This document shows positions 9,701 to 20,168 of a stretch of DNA of 64,000 bases, one piece after another. The position numbers were made by a program, and so were the translations under genes. Origin of the DNA: an uncultured Pseudomonadota bacterium (GTDB lineage Bacteria > Oederibacteriota > Muellerivitia > Muellerivitales > Muellerivitaceae). Within the stretch, counting starts at the first letter, position 1. Each line of letters starts with the position of its first letter. Under the pieces are notes generated by a model. The model was not told the origin of the DNA. It did not search any database and saw only the letters and a program-made list of their open reading frames with translations. Location: assembly GCA_963770835.1 (NCBI GenBank), contig CAVYRH010000005.1:192001-256000 (forward strand). Direction: 5' to 3'.

Positions 9701-11454
9701 TCGGGTCAGTGGTGGAGGGTATATCGACACCGGTCATCGAAGCTTCGCAAATGGCCGTAGGTTACGTGAACAATTACCAAGTTGTGGCCAATAACGGAGG
9801 ATCTGTTACCGCAGTGTCAACTATTTCCGCACCATTAACTGTCGCCCTTTGGCCCGCAGCGCCCAATCCAACCTTATTACCAAGCAACAATTCGGTTACG
9901 GTGGCCTGGGGCACACCGGTGGGCAATGTCACTGTAACCAGCTACGACATCTATCGGAACATTTACCCCACCATGACCCCGGTAATGATTGCCTCGAACC
10001 TGTCTTCCGCCACTACGGTTTACCCGGATTCGCCATTGACCAATGGCACGGCCTACCTCTATTGGATGGATGCCCAGAATGCATCGGGGGGGGTGAGTTA
10101 TTTTTCGGCTCCCCAAACCATCATTCCCCTGCAGCAGGCGCCCACCATCGCCATTACGCCATTACCCGAACGAAACCAGATTTGTTGGCTCCCGATTTCA
10201 GTGCCGACGACCAGCCCGGTCACGGGCTTTGCGGTTTACCGGGCCATCCCGACTCCCGGTGTTGTACCCAACTTCGTTGTGTTGCCGGGGGGAACCCTCG
10301 TGGAACCCCTCTCCAACACCAGTTACGTCGATGCGACGGTTAGCGATGGAGTGTCTTACCTATATGAGGTGGCTCCTACCTCGGCAAACGGCATTTTGGG
10401 GCCCTTTTCCAATCAAGCGGCCGTCAATGTTTTTCCCCAGCCGGTTACTGACCTTGTCGCCGCTTCGGGGGATACGCTGGTTCAACTGAGGTGGGAATAC
10501 CAAGGGGTAGCGAATAACACCTATTTCATTACGCGTAAATTAGGGACCGCGCCCAATAGTTCAGCCCAGACCCTGAGGACGGGTTTCCAGGGGTTGAATT
10601 TCAATGACTCTGGTGTCGTCGACAAAAATTTTTATATTTATAACATTTACACGGTGGACGCCAATGGATTGACTTCCAATACTTCCGCGGCAGTGACGGC
10701 CCTTCCGGCAGCGGGACCGGCCCTTCCCCTTGTGTCAATACAAGGATCGAACGGTTCAATAACCACTGCTCCCGTGACCTTGACACAAAATACGGTTAGT
10801 ACCCAGACCGCGATTGGGAACTCTCTTAGCTGGGGCGGGGCCGACCAAGCCAGCGGACCAGCCTCATTCAACTCCCAAACCATGTATCCCCTGGGTGGAT
10901 ATGAAGTTTCCAGTTCCTCGGATGGCGGGAATGTTTACCAAATCCTTGCGACCCTTCCGGTTACTCTTGTGAATGGATATCCAGCCCCGGTTGTTGGCTA
11001 TTTTGACCAAGTACAGTTGGTAAGTGGAAGTACCTATTCGTATTTGGTCCAGGCTTTTGACAATCCGCCGGATCTTCCGGTGCCGCTTTCCCAGGCGGTT
11101 ACCGAGGGATGGGTTCACGTTGTACCCTATCAACCGGTGAACGCCTATCCTATCAGTCCCAATACGGCCTTGGACCGGAACGCCATCCGGCCCTTCGGGG
11201 CCAGCAATGAACAGATCGTGAACATCCGCTTTGTGGTCACTTCGAAAGGAAACGTGGATATCAAGGTTTACACTTTGGACGGCACCTTCGTAAAGGAATT
11301 GGTAAACCAAAGTTACTCCCAACCCGGCATTTATTGGACTAAGTGGGACGCCCGCAACCGGATCGGTAACCTGGTGGCCTCTGGAGTTTATCTTGTCACC
11401 ACCGAATCCCCCGGTGGGCACCAGGAGTTTGAAAAAGTTGCAGTTATTAAATGA
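6781..11454 (+). CDS. Secreted multi-FN3, Thr/Pro-rich protein with a C-terminal FlgD-Ig/T9SS-CTD-like domain
   Basis: Signal peptide; repeated LxW...YxVYR...YxD...YxYxV motifs; tail IKVYTLDGTFVKEL...WDARNRIGNLVASGVYLV...KVAVIK. Confidence 0.85.
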   Translation: MKPKDSQKSTVRSRQQQPQKTWLWTIIIFGVCSWAGAQPPTPTGLTVLPPYDGQINLIWAPDSNATPTVSEYQIIRQLWDATLTPTPNPIGTPTPIATVPLQTIPSPGTPVYQDFQVTNGLNYFYQVSGVDSGGNVGAAATVNGSPYLGPVAVQPVGVQNIHSNALDLSWGVPNSSYPVSYYQVYLYQYPTYTPTPTGTLAQATNTPTPPFPVATVPASAALSNTPLAAVSGTTYSDTTSNSSGSPAFYYVVMAVDSQGHVSTPPASAAGPALPHNMASPGPPALSVLVGPAVSPTIIPSGYGARLVWTGSLTSEGVTVYQVFQNSTPIATIPYQPATPTVTYDDTTLPEGNGSLAVTYSVVAVNTYGVGTSNSVSVSLIAANESTNIQVTPNATSGAVTITWNPATPGIYGLVGYRLYKSLFGVPTFNQTPIPSISPTATLTPTPFAIVTFNPSATFTLTPYVDSPPPNLNHMNYWVEPVDATVHGGFTNSASTPALNLAPTPPSFPGVAPPVGNNQIAVSWTAGGAGFFGTPVDYVVYRVILGSPTPTVQAVATVGFTPTATQVSYTDIVPGATPGTEIDYQIGLVDVMGNTSDLSTLGNQVFSTGVTVPAAPTVLPMAGSAASIRFCWLNNPLADSVTSYSVFGPDLPTITPIATPLAVVFVPPLSTPTLVFAPTPNPWAATFYYLSAQNSVGSSAPATLSGIPVPLYTVTAVIPPGTRQAQVSWTMVPAPVSTPFVDSYGIYRSLQPTACFTPIATVIIPGGSYTDVLPAATAGVSYYYRVTARADDLNGHLAESSLHPAMTPDPLGSIQAWPNPPSGFTALSGVTQTTLNWAENTPQEGVTSYTVYWYGTGTPTPIATVLATQGPSTVYSFVATETPGNQSSYDVVANNPSGPSDASQSITVLVPPSMTPNIALSPPTWFVPAATITPGVWISGFTYPGAVSGYSVYWLSIPTPGGTITPSPTPAYISVGSVVEGISTPVIEASQMAVGYVNNYQVVANNGGSVTAVSTISAPLTVALWPAAPNPTLLPSNNSVTVAWGTPVGNVTVTSYDIYRNIYPTMTPVMIASNLSSATTVYPDSPLTNGTAYLYWMDAQNASGGVSYFSAPQTIIPLQQAPTIAITPLPERNQICWLPISVPTTSPVTGFAVYRAIPTPGVVPNFVVLPGGTLVEPLSNTSYVDATVSDGVSYLYEVAPTSANGILGPFSNQAAVNVFPQPVTDLVAASGDTLVQLRWEYQGVANNTYFITRKLGTAPNSSAQTLRTGFQGLNFNDSGVVDKNFYIYNIYTVDANGLTSNTSAAVTALPAAGPALPLVSIQGSNGSITTAPVTLTQNTVSTQTAIGNSLSWGGADQASGPASFNSQTMYPLGGYEVSSSSDGGNVYQILATLPVTLVNGYPAPVVGYFDQVQLVSGSTYSYLVQAFDNPPDLPVPLSQAVTEGWVHVVPYQPVNAYPISPNTALDRNAIRPFGASNEQIVNIRFVVTSKGNVDIKVYTLDGTFVKELVNQSYSQPGIYWTKWDARNRIGNLVASGVYLVTTESPGGHQEFEKVAVIK

Positions 11455-11461
11455 AAATAAA

Positions 11462-12196
11462 ATGGTAAATACGGGTTTCCTCGACTTTCTTTTTCCCAAG
11501 GCCTGCCAACGGTGCGGGGAAGGGTTTCGGGAGGGACTTTCCAATATTCTTTGCAAGGCTTGTTTTGATTCTATTCCCGCTTATGAAGACCCTGTTTGTG
11601 ACCATTGCGGGATTTCACTGCTTGCCAGATCCTTTGAGGACGCGCTCCGGTTTCGATGCCGCGACTGCGGCGAGGATAATTATTTTTTGGATAAGGTCCG
11701 GGCGGTTGGATCCTATGACGGGGCGTTGAGGATCGCCCACCATGGGTTTAAATTCGAGGGCATGGAGTTTTTGAAGCTGGCCTTGGCGGGGAGGATGGTT
11801 TCTTCCTCCATTCCGGCTTTCTGGGGGGAGGTTGAGGCCTTGATACCCGTGCCCCTCAGCGCTGAACGGGAAAGGGAAAGGGGTTACAATCCCGCGGCCC
11901 TCCTGGCGGTAGAAATCTCGAAAATAATTCGAATCCCATTTCGACCAATGCTCCGGAAAATAAAATCGACCAAACCGCAAATGTCCCTGACACGGGAAGA
12001 ACGGTTAAGGAATCCAAAAGGTGCTTACCAAGTTAAGGATGAAGGACCGGTTCCGCTTAAAGTGATCTTGGTGGACGACGTTTTCACTACCGGAGCCACT
12101 CTGGAAGAATGCGCCAAAGTTCTAAAAAAATCTGGAATAACTTGGGTAGGAGCAATTGTCTTTGGCAGGACACAACACCACTACCGGCAAATTTAA
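11462..12196 (+). CDS. comF: ComF family protein
   Basis: LDFLFPKACQRC double zinc ribbon, PVPL..RGYN, LVDDVFTTGATL. Confidence 0.92.
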   Translation: MVNTGFLDFLFPKACQRCGEGFREGLSNILCKACFDSIPAYEDPVCDHCGISLLARSFEDALRFRCRDCGEDNYFLDKVRAVGSYDGALRIAHHGFKFEGMEFLKLALAGRMVSSSIPAFWGEVEALIPVPLSAERERERGYNPAALLAVEISKIIRIPFRPMLRKIKSTKPQMSLTREERLRNPKGAYQVKDEGPVPLKVILVDDVFTTGATLEECAKVLKKSGITWVGAIVFGRTQHHYRQI

Positions 12197-12346
12197 ATTT
12201 AGACAAATTCAATTTCGAAACTCGACAATTTTCCTATTTCGATCAAACGTCATGATTGCCTTCGACATCCATGATGCCTGCTCTTGACCACTTAAACCCC
12301 ATATGCTAGCTTGGCCGCTCTTAATCCACTCTTTTGGGAGGATTCT

Positions 12347-13354
12347 ATGGCAATCAAGGTCGGTATCAACGGTTTTGGCCGTATCGGGCGCAATGTTTAC
12401 CGCGCCGCGATGAATAACAAAGACATTGATATTCTTGCGGTCAACGACCTCACGGACGCGAAAACACTAGCCCACCTTTTGAAATACGATTCCGTGCTGG
12501 GAAACCTCCACGCGGACGTGAAGGCTGGCGACGGGACCGTCATCGTGAACGGCAAGGAAATTAAGGTTTACGCCGAAAAAGATCCGGCCGCCATTCCCTG
12601 GGGCAAGCACGGCATCGAGTACGTGGTTGAATCCACCGGCCGCTTCACCGACAAAGAGAAGGCTGTTGTCCACATCAAGGACAGCGTCAAGAAGGTCATC
12701 ATTTCCGCGCCCGCTAAAGGCGAGGATATTACCATTGTCTTGGGCGTGAACGAAGACAAGTACGATCCCAAGAACCACCATGTTGTTTCCAACGCTTCCT
12801 GCACCACCAACTGCCTGGCACCGTTCGCCAAGGTGCTCCACGACAAGTTCGGCATCGTTAAGGGATTGATGACCACCATCCATAGCTATACCAACGACCA
12901 GGTCATCCTGGACTTTCCCCATAAGGACCTGCGCCGCGCCCGCGCCGCGGCCCTGAATATGATCCCGACCTCCACGGGGGCCGCCAAGGCCATCGGCTTG
13001 GTCATGCCGGAGATGAAGGGAAAATTGGACGGGTTGTCCATCCGCGTGCCGACCCCGACGGTTTCGGTGGTCGACTTGGTGGTGGAGTTCACAAAAACCG
13101 TCACGAAGGATGACATCAACAACGCTTTAAAAGAGGCGGCAAAGAGTCCCAAACTGGATAAATACCTTGATGTCACCGACGAGCCCTTGGTTTCGATGGA
13201 TTTCAAGGGGAACCCCCACTCCTCGATCGTGGATGCCCAATCCACCTTCGTGAGCGGCGGAAATATGGTGAAAGTGCTTTCCTGGTACGACAACGAATGG
13301 GGTTATTCAAACCGGGTCGTGGACCTAATCGAGTATATGGCCTCCAAACACTAA
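12347..13354 (+). CDS. gap: Glyceraldehyde-3-phosphate dehydrogenase type I
   Basis: [34 protein letters not shown] before ATG 12347. Confidence 0.99.
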   Translation: MAIKVGINGFGRIGRNVYRAAMNNKDIDILAVNDLTDAKTLAHLLKYDSVLGNLHADVKAGDGTVIVNGKEIKVYAEKDPAAIPWGKHGIEYVVESTGRFTDKEKAVVHIKDSVKKVIISAPAKGEDITIVLGVNEDKYDPKNHHVVSNASCTTNCLAPFAKVLHDKFGIVKGLMTTIHSYTNDQVILDFPHKDLRRARAAALNMIPTSTGAAKAIGLVMPEMKGKLDGLSIRVPTPTVSVVDLVVEFTKTVTKDDINNALKEAAKSPKLDKYLDVTDEPLVSMDFKGNPHSSIVDAQSTFVSGGNMVKVLSWYDNEWGYSNRVVDLIEYMASKH

Positions 13355-13380
13355 AAAGCTTTATTGGCTAAGGATGTTTT

Positions 13381-13806
13381 ATGCATCCAGTCGTATGGTG
13401 GGTTGCGACGGCGGTCGTTTTTTTCATCCTGGAACTGACGACCGCCTCTTTTTTCTTCCTTTGGATCGGGGCCGGTGCGGTCCTTACGGCCGTATTGAGC
13501 CTGTTTGTCGACAAAGACTGGATTGAGTACCTCACCTTTGTTCTTTCTTCCCTCCTTTTGGTCGGCCTCAGTCGCCGTTGGGCGCCCCGTTTTTCCGGAA
13601 AAACCCAAAGAGCCGCCAATGTAGACGCTCTTGTCGGTCAAACCGCCCATGTCATCAAAATTGAAAAGAACCAGCCCTCGCAAGGTTACGCAAAGGTAGG
13701 GGGCGAATTTTGGAAAGTGGAATCGGAAAACCAGGAACCCCTAAAGATCGAGGGTGAAGTCAGTGTGGTTTCCGTAAAAGGGAATGTACTAGTCGTTAAA
13801 GTCTAG
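13381..13806 (+). CDS. NfeD-like protein (short form)
   Basis: Hydrophobic N-terminal helices plus OB-fold motif (LVGQTA..G..KVGGEFW); directly upstream of an SPFH gene. Confidence 0.88.
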   Translation: MHPVVWWVATAVVFFILELTTASFFFLWIGAGAVLTAVLSLFVDKDWIEYLTFVLSSLLLVGLSRRWAPRFSGKTQRAANVDALVGQTAHVIKIEKNQPSQGYAKVGGEFWKVESENQEPLKIEGEVSVVSVKGNVLVVKV

Positions 13807-13827
13807 TTTTTTTGAAAGGAGTTTCAC

Positions 13828-14754
13828 ATGGAAATCCTCGCGGGTCCGGTTCTTATTATCCTCGTTATTTTTGTACTGATTTACGTGTCGCGCGCCATCC
13901 GAATTGTCCGACCCTATGAAAAAGGGCTGATCGAACGCGTTGGGAAATACACGCGGACTGCCGAATCGGGTCTTACAGTCTTATTCCCGCCTTTTGAAAA
14001 CATGCGCAAGGTGGATATGCGCGAGCAGGTGATCGAGGTTCCGCCCCAAGAGGTCATCACGAAGGACAACGTGGTGGTCACCGTGGACGCCATCATTTAT
14101 TTCCACGTGACCGACCCCTTCAAAGTGGTTTACAACGTGATGAATTTTATCCAAGCCGCCTTGAAATTGGCCCAAACCAACCTGCGCAATACCATTGGCG
14201 AACTCGATTTGGACCAAACCTTGAACAGCCGCGAACGCATCAACACCCAGTTGCGGGAAATCCTGGACGAGGCTACGGACAAATGGGGCGTGAAGGTCAC
14301 CCGGGTGGAAATTCAAAAGATCGACCCCCCGGCAGACATCGTCAACGCCATGAGCGCCCAGATGAAAGCCGAGCGGACCAAGCGCGCCGCGATCATCGAG
14401 GCGGAGGGTATTAAGCAAGCTGCTATTACGACGGCGGAGGGGCAGAAACAATCCGCCATTTTGAAGGCGGAAGGCGAGGCCGGGGCCATCGAGAGGGTTG
14501 CGACAGCCAACAAGTTCCAAAAAATTGCCCTGGCGGAAGGGGAAGGCCAAGCGATCTTGACCGTCTTCAAGGCCATCCATGATGGGAACCCCACGCAGGA
14601 CCTGCTGGCGTTGAAATACATGGAAATGTTGGGGACCGTGGCGGATGGTCAAGCGACCAAGATTTTTCTTCCTTTGGAGGCTTCCGGCACGTTAGGGGCT
14701 TTGAGCACTATCGCGGAAGCTTTTAAAACGGATTTGAAAACAAAGGCCAAGTAA
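13828..14754 (+). CDS. SPFH/stomatin-like (QmcA-like) membrane protein
   Basis: VDMREQV..PPQEVITKDNV, TNLRNTIGELDLD, WGVKVTRVE, QMKAER. Confidence 0.95.
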   Translation: MEILAGPVLIILVIFVLIYVSRAIRIVRPYEKGLIERVGKYTRTAESGLTVLFPPFENMRKVDMREQVIEVPPQEVITKDNVVVTVDAIIYFHVTDPFKVVYNVMNFIQAALKLAQTNLRNTIGELDLDQTLNSRERINTQLREILDEATDKWGVKVTRVEIQKIDPPADIVNAMSAQMKAERTKRAAIIEAEGIKQAAITTAEGQKQSAILKAEGEAGAIERVATANKFQKIALAEGEGQAILTVFKAIHDGNPTQDLLALKYMEMLGTVADGQATKIFLPLEASGTLGALSTIAEAFKTDLKTKAK

Positions 14755-14784
14755 AAACACCCAAGTTTCCAGAAAGGAACAAGG

Positions 14785-15990
14785 ATGGTTTCTTACAACA
14801 AATTGACGGTTGAAGACTTGAATCCGGCGGGGAAAAGAATCCTAGTTCGTGTGGATTTTAATGTCCCCTTGGATGATGCCTTGAAAATCACCGATGACAC
14901 CCGTATCCGCGAATCCTTGAAAACGATTCAGTACTTGTCCGATAAGGGAGGCAAGGTCGTCCTTTGCTCCCACTTGGGCCGGCCCAAGGGTGTGGATGAA
15001 AAGCTTCGTTTAAAACCGGTAGCAGACCGTCTTTCCGAGTTGTTGAAGAAGCCGGTTAAGGTGCTCAAGGAATGCGTGGGACCTGAGGTTGAAAAGGAAG
15101 TCGCCGCCATGAAAAACGGCGAGGTCATTCTTTTAGAAAACGTTCGGTTTCATGCCGAAGAGGAGAAAAATAATCCGGACTTTGCCAAGAAATTGGCGGC
15201 CCTCGCCGATATTTATGTTAACGACGCATTTGGGACCGCCCACCGGGCCCATGCTTCCACCGAGGGGGTTACGAAGTTCGTCCCGCAATCGGCGGCTGGG
15301 TTTTTAATGATGAAGGAAATTAAATATTTGGGCGGTGCCTTATCCAAGCCGGCCCGGCCTTTCGTCGCTATCATCGGTGGGTCCAAAATTTCCTCCAAGA
15401 TCGATGTAATCCAAAACCTCATAAAAATCGTGGATGTGCTGATCATCGGGGGGGGTATGGCCTATACCTTCCTGAAGGCCCGCAAATTCGAAATCGGAAA
15501 GTCCCTCGTTGAAAATGACAAGATCGACCTGGCTAAGGAATTGATGGGTCAATCCATCGATACGGATGTTCCTCTTCTCCTGCCAATTGACCACGTGATT
15601 GCGGATAAATTTGACGCCAAGGCCAATGTCAAAGTTGTGCCGCGGGGCGGTATTCTTCCCGAATGGGAAGGTATGGATATCGGCCCGGCCACAGTTGAGA
15701 AATACGCGAATTTCATCCGGACCGCCAAAACCATCTTCTGGAACGGTCCGGTCGGGGTATTTGAAATGGAACCCTTTGCTAAGGGTACTTTTGCCATCGC
15801 AAAACTGTTGGCTGAGGACTCTGGGAAGGGTGCAACGACGATTGTTGGCGGTGGTGATTCGGTGGCTGCCGTCACACAAATGGGTCTCGCTCCTAAGATG
15901 TCACACATTTCCACCGGAGGCGGAGCATCCTTGGAGTTTATGGAAGGGAAACAGCTTCCAGGGATTGTCGCCTTGACCGACAAAAATTAA
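14785..15990 (+). CDS. pgk: Phosphoglycerate kinase
   Basis: [29 protein letters not shown]. Confidence 0.99.
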   Translation: MVSYNKLTVEDLNPAGKRILVRVDFNVPLDDALKITDDTRIRESLKTIQYLSDKGGKVVLCSHLGRPKGVDEKLRLKPVADRLSELLKKPVKVLKECVGPEVEKEVAAMKNGEVILLENVRFHAEEEKNNPDFAKKLAALADIYVNDAFGTAHRAHASTEGVTKFVPQSAAGFLMMKEIKYLGGALSKPARPFVAIIGGSKISSKIDVIQNLIKIVDVLIIGGGMAYTFLKARKFEIGKSLVENDKIDLAKELMGQSIDTDVPLLLPIDHVIADKFDAKANVKVVPRGGILPEWEGMDIGPATVEKYANFIRTAKTIFWNGPVGVFEMEPFAKGTFAIAKLLAEDSGKGATTIVGGGDSVAAVTQMGLAPKMSHISTGGGASLEFMEGKQLPGIVALTDKN

Positions 15991-16011
15991 GCTAGTTTAG
16001 AAAGGAACCGG

Positions 16012-16764
16012 ATGTCACGCACACCTATTATCGCCGGAAACTGGAAGATGTATAAGACGGTCAAAGAGTCGGTGAATTTTGTAAAACTGCTTCACGAGAA
16101 GCTGAAAGACGTGAAGGACCGCGAGATCCTGATCTGTCCGACCGCGCTTTCGGTGCCTGCGGTTTCCGAAGCCTTGCGGTTTTCCAATATCCAAGTAGGG
16201 TCGCAAGACGCCCATTGGGAAAACGAGGGAGCTTACACGGGTAACATCAGCCCCTCCATGTTCAAAGAAGTAGGAGCGAAGTATATTATTTTAGGCCATT
16301 CGGAGAGACGTCAATACGATAATGATACGGACCCGAGGATCAACGCTAAGCTTAAAAATGTGCTCCGTAACGGTTTGAAAGCCATTGTTTGCGTAGGCGA
16401 AACCCTGTCGGAAAGGGAAGCGGGTAAAACGGAAAAAGTTGTCGAGACTCAAGTGAATGGGTGTTTTGAAGGTATAGGTCTGGGGGACTTGGTGAATATC
16501 GTGATCGCCTATGAACCGGTTTGGGCCATTGGAACAGGAAAAACAGCGACACCCGAGCAGGCGAACGAAGTCCATGCTTTTATCCGCCAGTTGATTGGCA
16601 AAAAATACAACTTGGAGGCGTCTGAAAAAATCCGCATCCAATACGGCGGAAGCGTCAAACCCGAAAATATTAAGCAGCTGATGTCCCAGCCTGATATCGA
16701 TGGGGCTTTAGTCGGCGGGGCCAGCCTGAAAGAGGACTCTTTCACCACAATCGTCAAGTTTTAA
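16012..16764 (+). CDS. tpiA: Triosephosphate isomerase
   Basis: AGNWKM, GHSERR, AYEPVWAIGTG, YGGSV. Confidence 0.99.
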   Translation: MSRTPIIAGNWKMYKTVKESVNFVKLLHEKLKDVKDREILICPTALSVPAVSEALRFSNIQVGSQDAHWENEGAYTGNISPSMFKEVGAKYIILGHSERRQYDNDTDPRINAKLKNVLRNGLKAIVCVGETLSEREAGKTEKVVETQVNGCFEGIGLGDLVNIVIAYEPVWAIGTGKTATPEQANEVHAFIRQLIGKKYNLEASEKIRIQYGGSVKPENIKQLMSQPDIDGALVGGASLKEDSFTTIVKF

Positions 16765-16853
16765 CGTAAAGTTGAACAGGTTTAAAAGTTTTATTGGCAC
16801 ATTGGGGTTGGTTTCATTTAAAATGAATCCACTTTTAGAACTTGAGGGGTTCC

Positions 16854-17258
16854 ATGAGCGTTATTGTTACCATTTTGTTTGTCTTGAACGCTGTGCTGTT
16901 GATCGGGGTTGTCTTGATCCAACAGCCCAAAACAGCTGGAGGATTGTTTTCCGGAACAGGCCAAAGCCTTTTGGGTACGAGTGGTAAAACCTTTTGGACC
17001 AAGTTCACCACTATTTTGGCCGGAACGTTCATGGTGCTTTGCCTTTTAATGTCTATTGTCCACCGCTTTGAGAAAGCACCCAGCTCCGTCACGGATATCA
17101 TCGAAAAGCAGCAACAGCAGGCGGCCTCTCCAGCCCAAGCCGCAGTCACAAATTCAAATCCGTCGGCGGCCAACCCACAACCCCAGGTGAATCCGGCTCC
17201 CCAGGGCCAGGCGGTTCCTAAAACGGTTCCTTCGTCTCCAGGTGATTTGAAGAAATAA
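16854..17258 (+). CDS. secG: Preprotein translocase subunit SecG
   Basis: Two TM helices flanking LIQQPK..GGLFSG; canonical position after tpiA. Confidence 0.9.
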   Translation: MSVIVTILFVLNAVLLIGVVLIQQPKTAGGLFSGTGQSLLGTSGKTFWTKFTTILAGTFMVLCLLMSIVHRFEKAPSSVTDIIEKQQQQAASPAQAAVTNSNPSAANPQPQVNPAPQGQAVPKTVPSSPGDLKK

Positions 17259-17300
17259 GCATTCGGGTAAGGTGAATTTTAAAAGAGGTATTAAAACGTT

Positions 17301-18371
17301 ATGATCAGCGGTAGCAAGTCCCGTTCGACTTTAAAGCAGATTGCCAAGTACTGCGGTGTTTCTCATACCACCGTTTCGATGGTGATCAACCAAAATCCAC
17401 GGATTTCGGCGGAGACACGTGAAAAAGTCATGGCCGCCATCAAAAAGTTCAATTATTACCCTAATGTCGCCGCTCGAAGCCTTGTTATGTCCCGCACCAA
17501 CACCATTGGGATCTTTGGAACCATGTTTGATTCCCCTTATTATAACGAAATCATCCGTGGTATTGAGATGGAATGCCGCCACGCGAATGTTGATTTGAAA
17601 ATCTACAATTGCAATGGCAGCTTGGAGGACTTCAATGATTTTTACGACCGCATCTTGGGAGAACGGCGGATTGACGCGGTCATAGCCTTATCCGTGCCCA
17701 TGGAAGACGCGGTCTTGGAACGTTTCCAGACGGAGGAATTACCCCTTATTATTCTTCAACCCGTTTCAATCGAAGGGCCGAACCATCTTTTGGAAAAAAT
17801 TCCAACTTTGCATGCGGAGGATCGAAAGGGTATTTACAAAGCGGTGGGCTACCTGCTTTCGTTGGGCCACAAAAAAATCGGATTCGTGAATGGCCCTGAA
17901 CATCTGAAGATCTGTCAAGACCGTTTGGCGGGATATCGTGACGCCTTGAGAGACAACAACATTCCTTACCAGGAACAAAACGTCGTTTACTCCCACGTAA
18001 GACCCGACGCCTTTACGATGGACGCTGGTTACCAAGTGGGTCGGGAGCTGCTTGATCAGATTCCAGACTTGACCGCCATTTGTTGCGTTTCCGATACAAT
18101 GGCGATCGGTGTCATTAAAGCGGTCCGCCACAAGGGTAAATCGGTACCAGAGGATGTTTCGATAGTGGGTTTTGACGATACCTACGTAGCCCGGCTGGCC
18201 GATCCATCTTTGACAACCCTGCATCAGCCGCTTTTGGAGATGGGGAAGGCATCAGTAACTTTAACTCACGCGATTTTAAATAAGAAACCAGTGGAATACT
18301 TGCATCGTGGTTTTGATGTGGAACTGATCATCCGCGAATCGACAGGTAGGCCCCGAAAAATCGTCAAATAA
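17301..18371 (+). CDS. LacI-family transcriptional regulator
   Basis: TLKQIAKYCGVSHTTVS, YYPNVAARSL, VPEDVSIVGFDD. Confidence 0.96.
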   Translation: MISGSKSRSTLKQIAKYCGVSHTTVSMVINQNPRISAETREKVMAAIKKFNYYPNVAARSLVMSRTNTIGIFGTMFDSPYYNEIIRGIEMECRHANVDLKIYNCNGSLEDFNDFYDRILGERRIDAVIALSVPMEDAVLERFQTEELPLIILQPVSIEGPNHLLEKIPTLHAEDRKGIYKAVGYLLSLGHKKIGFVNGPEHLKICQDRLAGYRDALRDNNIPYQEQNVVYSHVRPDAFTMDAGYQVGRELLDQIPDLTAICCVSDTMAIGVIKAVRHKGKSVPEDVSIVGFDDTYVARLADPSLTTLHQPLLEMGKASVTLTHAILNKKPVEYLHRGFDVELIIRESTGRPRKIVK

Positions 18372-18560
18372 AAATTCTTTCAAAATGCAATTAAGGTCAA
18401 TGCGGAAACAAGAAAAGGCACTTCCCAAAAAAAACTGTAGAAATTCTCCCCCCGGTTTTTTACCTGTTCAGAAGGTTCTTGCGAATCGATATCAAATGGT
18501 TTTTCTAATCCGATAATCCTATGATCCTTCGAACGAACTTTTCTTGGTTATAATACCCTC

Positions 18561-20168
18561 ATGAAAATGAATTTATCCTCTTTGCAACGAATTCTTTTGT
18601 GTCTCTTGAGCGCAGTCCTTGTTTGGTTTTCATTCCCCAATTTCATCAATAAAACATTGACGCCTCCAGCTGCTTTTTTAGGATGGATCGCGTTAATTCC
18701 GTTTTTTATTTCCCTTTATCAAACCACTCCCCGCCAGGGCGCTTTTTTGGGATGGTTTTTCGGTTTTTCCCAGTTTGGCGGCGTCCTCTATTGGATCGCA
18801 TTTTTAGAAGCCGCCCATTATTTAAGCGGTCCGGCTTGGTTCATTCTTGTTTTTTATTTAAGCCTTTATTTAATGATTTTTGGATGGGTTTATCGATTCG
18901 TCGCGAATTATTTGAAAGGCGCAGTGTGGCTGGCCCCATTTATTTGGGTGGCCTTGGAGTACATCCGTGGTAGCCGTCCATGGGGAGGCTTTTCTTGGGG
19001 TGAACTTGGGTACAGTCAGGCGCCATATCCTTTGATACTGACCGTTACGCCCTGGGCAGGAGTTTATGGCCTGACATTTCTGATGGTCTGGTTTAATGCA
19101 TGGATTTCTCAATGGGCCATTAAAGTCTTGGAGAGCCGGGAAAGCGCTTCGTTTTTTCAATTCCGCCTAAATTTACTAGGTTTAACTCCCGCCCTGGGAG
19201 TCCTGGTTATTTTATTGATGGGAGGAGCGGTTGAAATGAGAACCACCCCTCTTCAAAAGGCCGGTACCGTCGCCATGCTTCAACCCAGCATCGACCAGGA
19301 TGTCAAATGGAGCAAAGAAAACGAAATCGTCACTTACAACAAACTGGAACGATTGGTGTTTGGCGCGAAGAAAGCCAAGCCCAGCCTCATTATTTGGCCG
19401 GAAACAGCAGCGCCGGCTTATTTGCTTTGGGCACCAACGGACTTGGCGCGGGTTATTTCGATCGTTCGCGGATCGAGGACGACGCATCTAGTGGGTTGCT
19501 TGGACGCACGGAAAAAGAAAAATGAACAGGTTCAATGTTTCAACGCGGCCATCCAATTTGAATCGAATGGGAAACCGGACGGTGTCTACCACAAGCGGCA
19601 CTTGGTGCCTTTTGGGGAGTTTGTTCCATTTCAAAAGTATCTGACGTTTCTCGGCCCGGTGGTGGGAGATTTAGGCAATTTCGATTTCGGTGAAAATTAT
19701 AAAAGGTTTCAGGTTAAGGGGTTCAGTTACACTCCGATGATTTGCTACGAGGTGATTTTCCCGGGAGACGTTTATCGGGCTTTTCAAACCGGCGCGGACG
19801 CCCTCGTAAACATCAGCAACGACGCTTGGTATGGCCACACCGCCTCACCTTACCAGCACGCCATGATGGCTGTGGTGAGGGCCGCCGAAGAGCGAAAACC
19901 GCTTCTGCGCACGGCCAACACGGGTATCTGCCTGGCAACCGATCCGTTTGGGCAAATTCTTTGCTCTAGCCGTTTATTTGATGAGACGTGGTTGTCGGCG
20001 GATGTCCTTTTGGCGCCTTCCGCTTCGCGGACCCTTTATTCCCGTTGGGGGAACTGGTTTCCGTGTCTTTGCTGGTGGGTGACGGTTCTTTCGGTTTTAG
20101 CGTCTTGTTTCGTAATGAAACGGCGGAATTCCCGCCAGCCTCCAAGTTTGGAAAATTATGCCGCGTAA
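18561..20168 (+). CDS. lnt: Apolipoprotein N-acyltransferase
   Basis: Multi-TM N-terminus; IIWPET, KRHLVPFGE, ICYEVIF, NDAWYG, ANTG. Confidence 0.96.
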   Translation: MKMNLSSLQRILLCLLSAVLVWFSFPNFINKTLTPPAAFLGWIALIPFFISLYQTTPRQGAFLGWFFGFSQFGGVLYWIAFLEAAHYLSGPAWFILVFYLSLYLMIFGWVYRFVANYLKGAVWLAPFIWVALEYIRGSRPWGGFSWGELGYSQAPYPLILTVTPWAGVYGLTFLMVWFNAWISQWAIKVLESRESASFFQFRLNLLGLTPALGVLVILLMGGAVEMRTTPLQKAGTVAMLQPSIDQDVKWSKENEIVTYNKLERLVFGAKKAKPSLIIWPETAAPAYLLWAPTDLARVISIVRGSRTTHLVGCLDARKKKNEQVQCFNAAIQFESNGKPDGVYHKRHLVPFGEFVPFQKYLTFLGPVVGDLGNFDFGENYKRFQVKGFSYTPMICYEVIFPGDVYRAFQTGADALVNISNDAWYGHTASPYQHAMMAVVRAAEERKPLLRTANTGICLATDPFGQILCSSRLFDETWLSADVLLAPSASRTLYSRWGNWFPCLCWWVTVLSVLASCFVMKRRNSRQPPSLENYAA

